NCBI GenBank assembly: GCA_964019425.1
Contig: OZ025782.1
Location: 992,001 to 1,056,000, forward strand
DNA from: Flectonema sp. DT1601
Taxonomy: Eukaryota
Direction: 5' to 3'
DNA length: 64,000 bases
The notes under the pieces: model-generated
Databases searched by the model: none
What the model was told of the DNA's origin: nothing
What the model saw: the letters and a program-made list of their open reading frames with translations, nothing else
Part shown: piece after piece, positions 61,642 to 64,000 of the stretch
Numbering within the stretch: position 1 is the stretch's first letter
How the letters are laid out: every line of letters starts with the position of its first letter
Made by a program: the position numbers and the translations under genes

Positions 61642-64000
61642 CTAATAACCATAATAGTATGGTGGAAATCTTGATGTTTTCACAATCGAAGTATCAAATC
61701 CATATAAACTCAGTGCCGCTACTCTAGCGATGTTATTAACTCTCTGTTGAGATAGGAATAGAGGTTTTCCTCTATCAAGTCTCGGATCATCTTCACCGTG
61801 AGCATCAACATATAACGGAGGAATATCAGCAAACCTTTTACCATCAATTGCTACTAATCGACTCTCTCCGAGAAGCATAAATATCGACTGACCTGATCCA
61901 CAAGAAAGAGAATGACTTTTCATTGAACAGCAGACTTTCTCTGACTTCGATTTCTCGTTGACTAGAACACCACAACTGAGACAGAGAGCTGATGATTTTA
62001 ATGAGTTTCCACATCCACATTTCTTATTGTAATAATGACTTATGAGTGTTGAGTATTCTCTGGGAAGTTCAACTCTGATTGAATACATTAAGTCACTTCG
62101 CATAGGAAGTTTTACTTTGGTGTTGCGACCAGCTGCGAGTTGTTGTGTCGTCCAGGCTGACAGAGATGCAATCTTTTGATCAGTTCGTTTTAGAACAGAA
62201 GAAGCGATTCCTTCAATGCTGTCGTAACCAACACCGAGTGGAAGTCGAGCATTCAAAATAGAAATAATATCATCGTCGTCAAACTTTGGTAAACTCAGTT
62301 CTGATGAGAAAAGTGGAGCAGTGACGACACAATGACAGATTAATAACCACGACATCAAAACACCCATTTCACTTTTAAGATGCTGTCTACTATCAAATTC
62401 TTCCGTTACTTTCTGACGCTTTAATACACAAGCACTTGGTCGAAGGATTTCAATTAAATTCTTTAATTCTGTGTCGTCTTCAGCTTCAACAGTTATCCCA
62501 GCAGTCAGTAATTCGATTATTAATTTACATAACTGCGCCTCCACTACTCTTTTCATTAGATAAATATAACCTCCGTGATTTACTTGTTCTACACGAAGGA
62601 CGACATTTAAGAGTGTTTGAATCCAAATTCCAAATACATCGACAGTCTGTTTTAGTTTGTGAGATTACCACTCACTTTCTATAAACAACACAACACAACA
62701 CAACACAACACAACACAACACAACACAACACAACACAACACAACACAACACAACACAACACAACACAACACAACACAACACAACACAACACAACACAACA
62801 CAACACATACCAGTAATGGATAGCTAGTTGTTGGGCATTCATCAGACCTCGGAATGTGAAGTAGAACACGAAGTGGATCAGGATCTGCTTCCATTCTCTG
62901 TATTGATGATGTGTTTTGTTTTAGAATTCAATAAATAATGTTAATTAGTTTAATAAAACTGTAAAAGTCATACCAACTCTGCTGCTAAAAGTGCTTTTAA
63001 TTGGCATCTGAGGGATATGAGTTTCCTGTTTTGGTTGAGTTGAGATTGTTATAAACAGAAAGTTCTTCATATGAGATATCAACTGATGACATACTTTAGT
63101 GATACAGGAATATGACCATCAACTACACGATGAGATATTTCAGTAAACACAACTTGTTGAGCGAATGAAATAACTGCCGTCCCAGTTAATGATTTCAATT
63201 TTTCATCTCCAGCAGGAAACTGATGACGCACAACCACATCACGGAATTCACAAGCTGCTTTACTTAACTCTTTACTATCATCACCATCAGGGGTCGATAA
63301 ATATTTCTCAGATGAAGTTACAATCTCACAAAGTAATTCCTCAATTTCCTCATCACATCTCTTCTTCTGACAATCAGACATCACTTCAGAAATTACTGAA
63401 GGCAGGGGAGTAGTGTCTTTCTTAACATCTTTTCGTATACTCGGTATTATGTTCTGGTTTATTTATTATTGAGACTTGGTACTTTAGAAAACAACAATAA
63501 AAGGAAACTTCGTGTTCCACAATAAACATAATAAAACATACAGGGATTAGCGTGTTTGCGATCCTCCCACATAGTGGACAGAGGTACTCACCTTCAGGGA
63601 TATTTAGTACTGCAAATCCTCGATATTCGTGACGTAGAAGAATAGCTCCATTGACTTCGTGGGAATGTTTGAGAAGCGAGAGATGGGATTCTAAGCAGTC
63701 GGGGTGAAGAAGATGTCCACAAGAATGAACTATTTCATGTCCTGTCTTTGTTAGAAGTGGATGATTGAAAGCATTTGTTTTACCATCAGGAGGATGAGTG
63801 CAAGAGGACACATCATTACAAACAGATTTAAAACATTGTTGCATTCCTGCTCCACGAGTTGCTAAGGCAATGAGACCAACTTGACTACATTGATTAGGAG
63901 AAGTATCTAATTGACAAAGACAACATTTATCACCCTCTTGAGTCATCCATCCAGAATCAACTGTGTGATGAAGTGATTTAGTTCGATTCTCAGTCACTTC
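61642..64000 (-). CDS. Second UBR-family E3 ligase paralog, 5'-partial; exons >64000-63542, 63453-63095, 63025-62974, 62897-62811, 62646-61642
   Basis: Split RING (CCLCQ...CGHLLHPDC...EYLCPLCGRIANT) and PRT6_C-type tail are clearly homologous to 43915-49032; same four intron positions and identical 52- and 87-nt small exons. Confidence 0.9.
62686..62805. repeat. (CAACA)n pentanucleotide microsatellite, ~24 units, intronic
   Basis: Perfect array inside intron 62647-62810, abutting the GTATGT donor. Confidence 0.95.

Noticed and set aside
62672..62894. CCVVL-repeat peptides
   Set aside because: Translation of the intronic (CAACA)n microsatellite.
1..64000. Alternative genetic code or stop-codon read-through explaining the fragmented ORFs
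   Set aside because: Every break in host genes is resolved by a GT-AG intron, and TAA, TAG and TGA all terminate genes.
43915..64000. Functional ubiquitin-system cluster (two UBR ligases plus CDC26-like gene)
   Set aside because: Explained by one local duplication plus chance; the intervening genes are unrelated.

Overview
AT-rich eukaryotic genomic DNA. All 15 host protein-coding genes I can model lie on the minus strand, several only 140-330 nt apart, and most have an AG 3-30 nt upstream of the ATG. This layout suggests directional gene clusters with spliced-leader trans-splicing. Together with short GT-AG introns and a PDZ/ankyrin-rich gene set, it points to a euglenozoan, most likely a diplonemid (inference, not verified). 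I reconstructed 23 cis-introns by reading-frame continuity. All start GTNTG and end CAG after an A-rich tract with no polypyrimidine tract (13/23 end AAAACAG), whereas the pre-ATG AG sites are mostly T/C-rich. Genes: a ~4086-aa ankyrin/PDZ/filamin protein (8 exons), a ~1124-aa Ig-repeat/PDZ protein, two UBR (N-recognin) E3 ligase paralogs with identical intron positions, a PRP38B-like splicing factor, a CDC26-like microprotein, a divergent Rab-like GTPase, a cold-shock-like protein with an HDPY motif, a secreted bacterial-type beta-propeller, and hypotheticals. Mobile DNA: an internally deleted Sola-like DNA transposon (160-bp TIRs, ATAT TSD), a Helitron RepHel fragment inside an intron, and several heavily decayed Penelope-like retroelement fragments, all antisense, in the long gene-free regions. 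I recognised no tRNA, rRNA, SL-RNA or CRISPR array. All family assignments are by eye; no searches were run.
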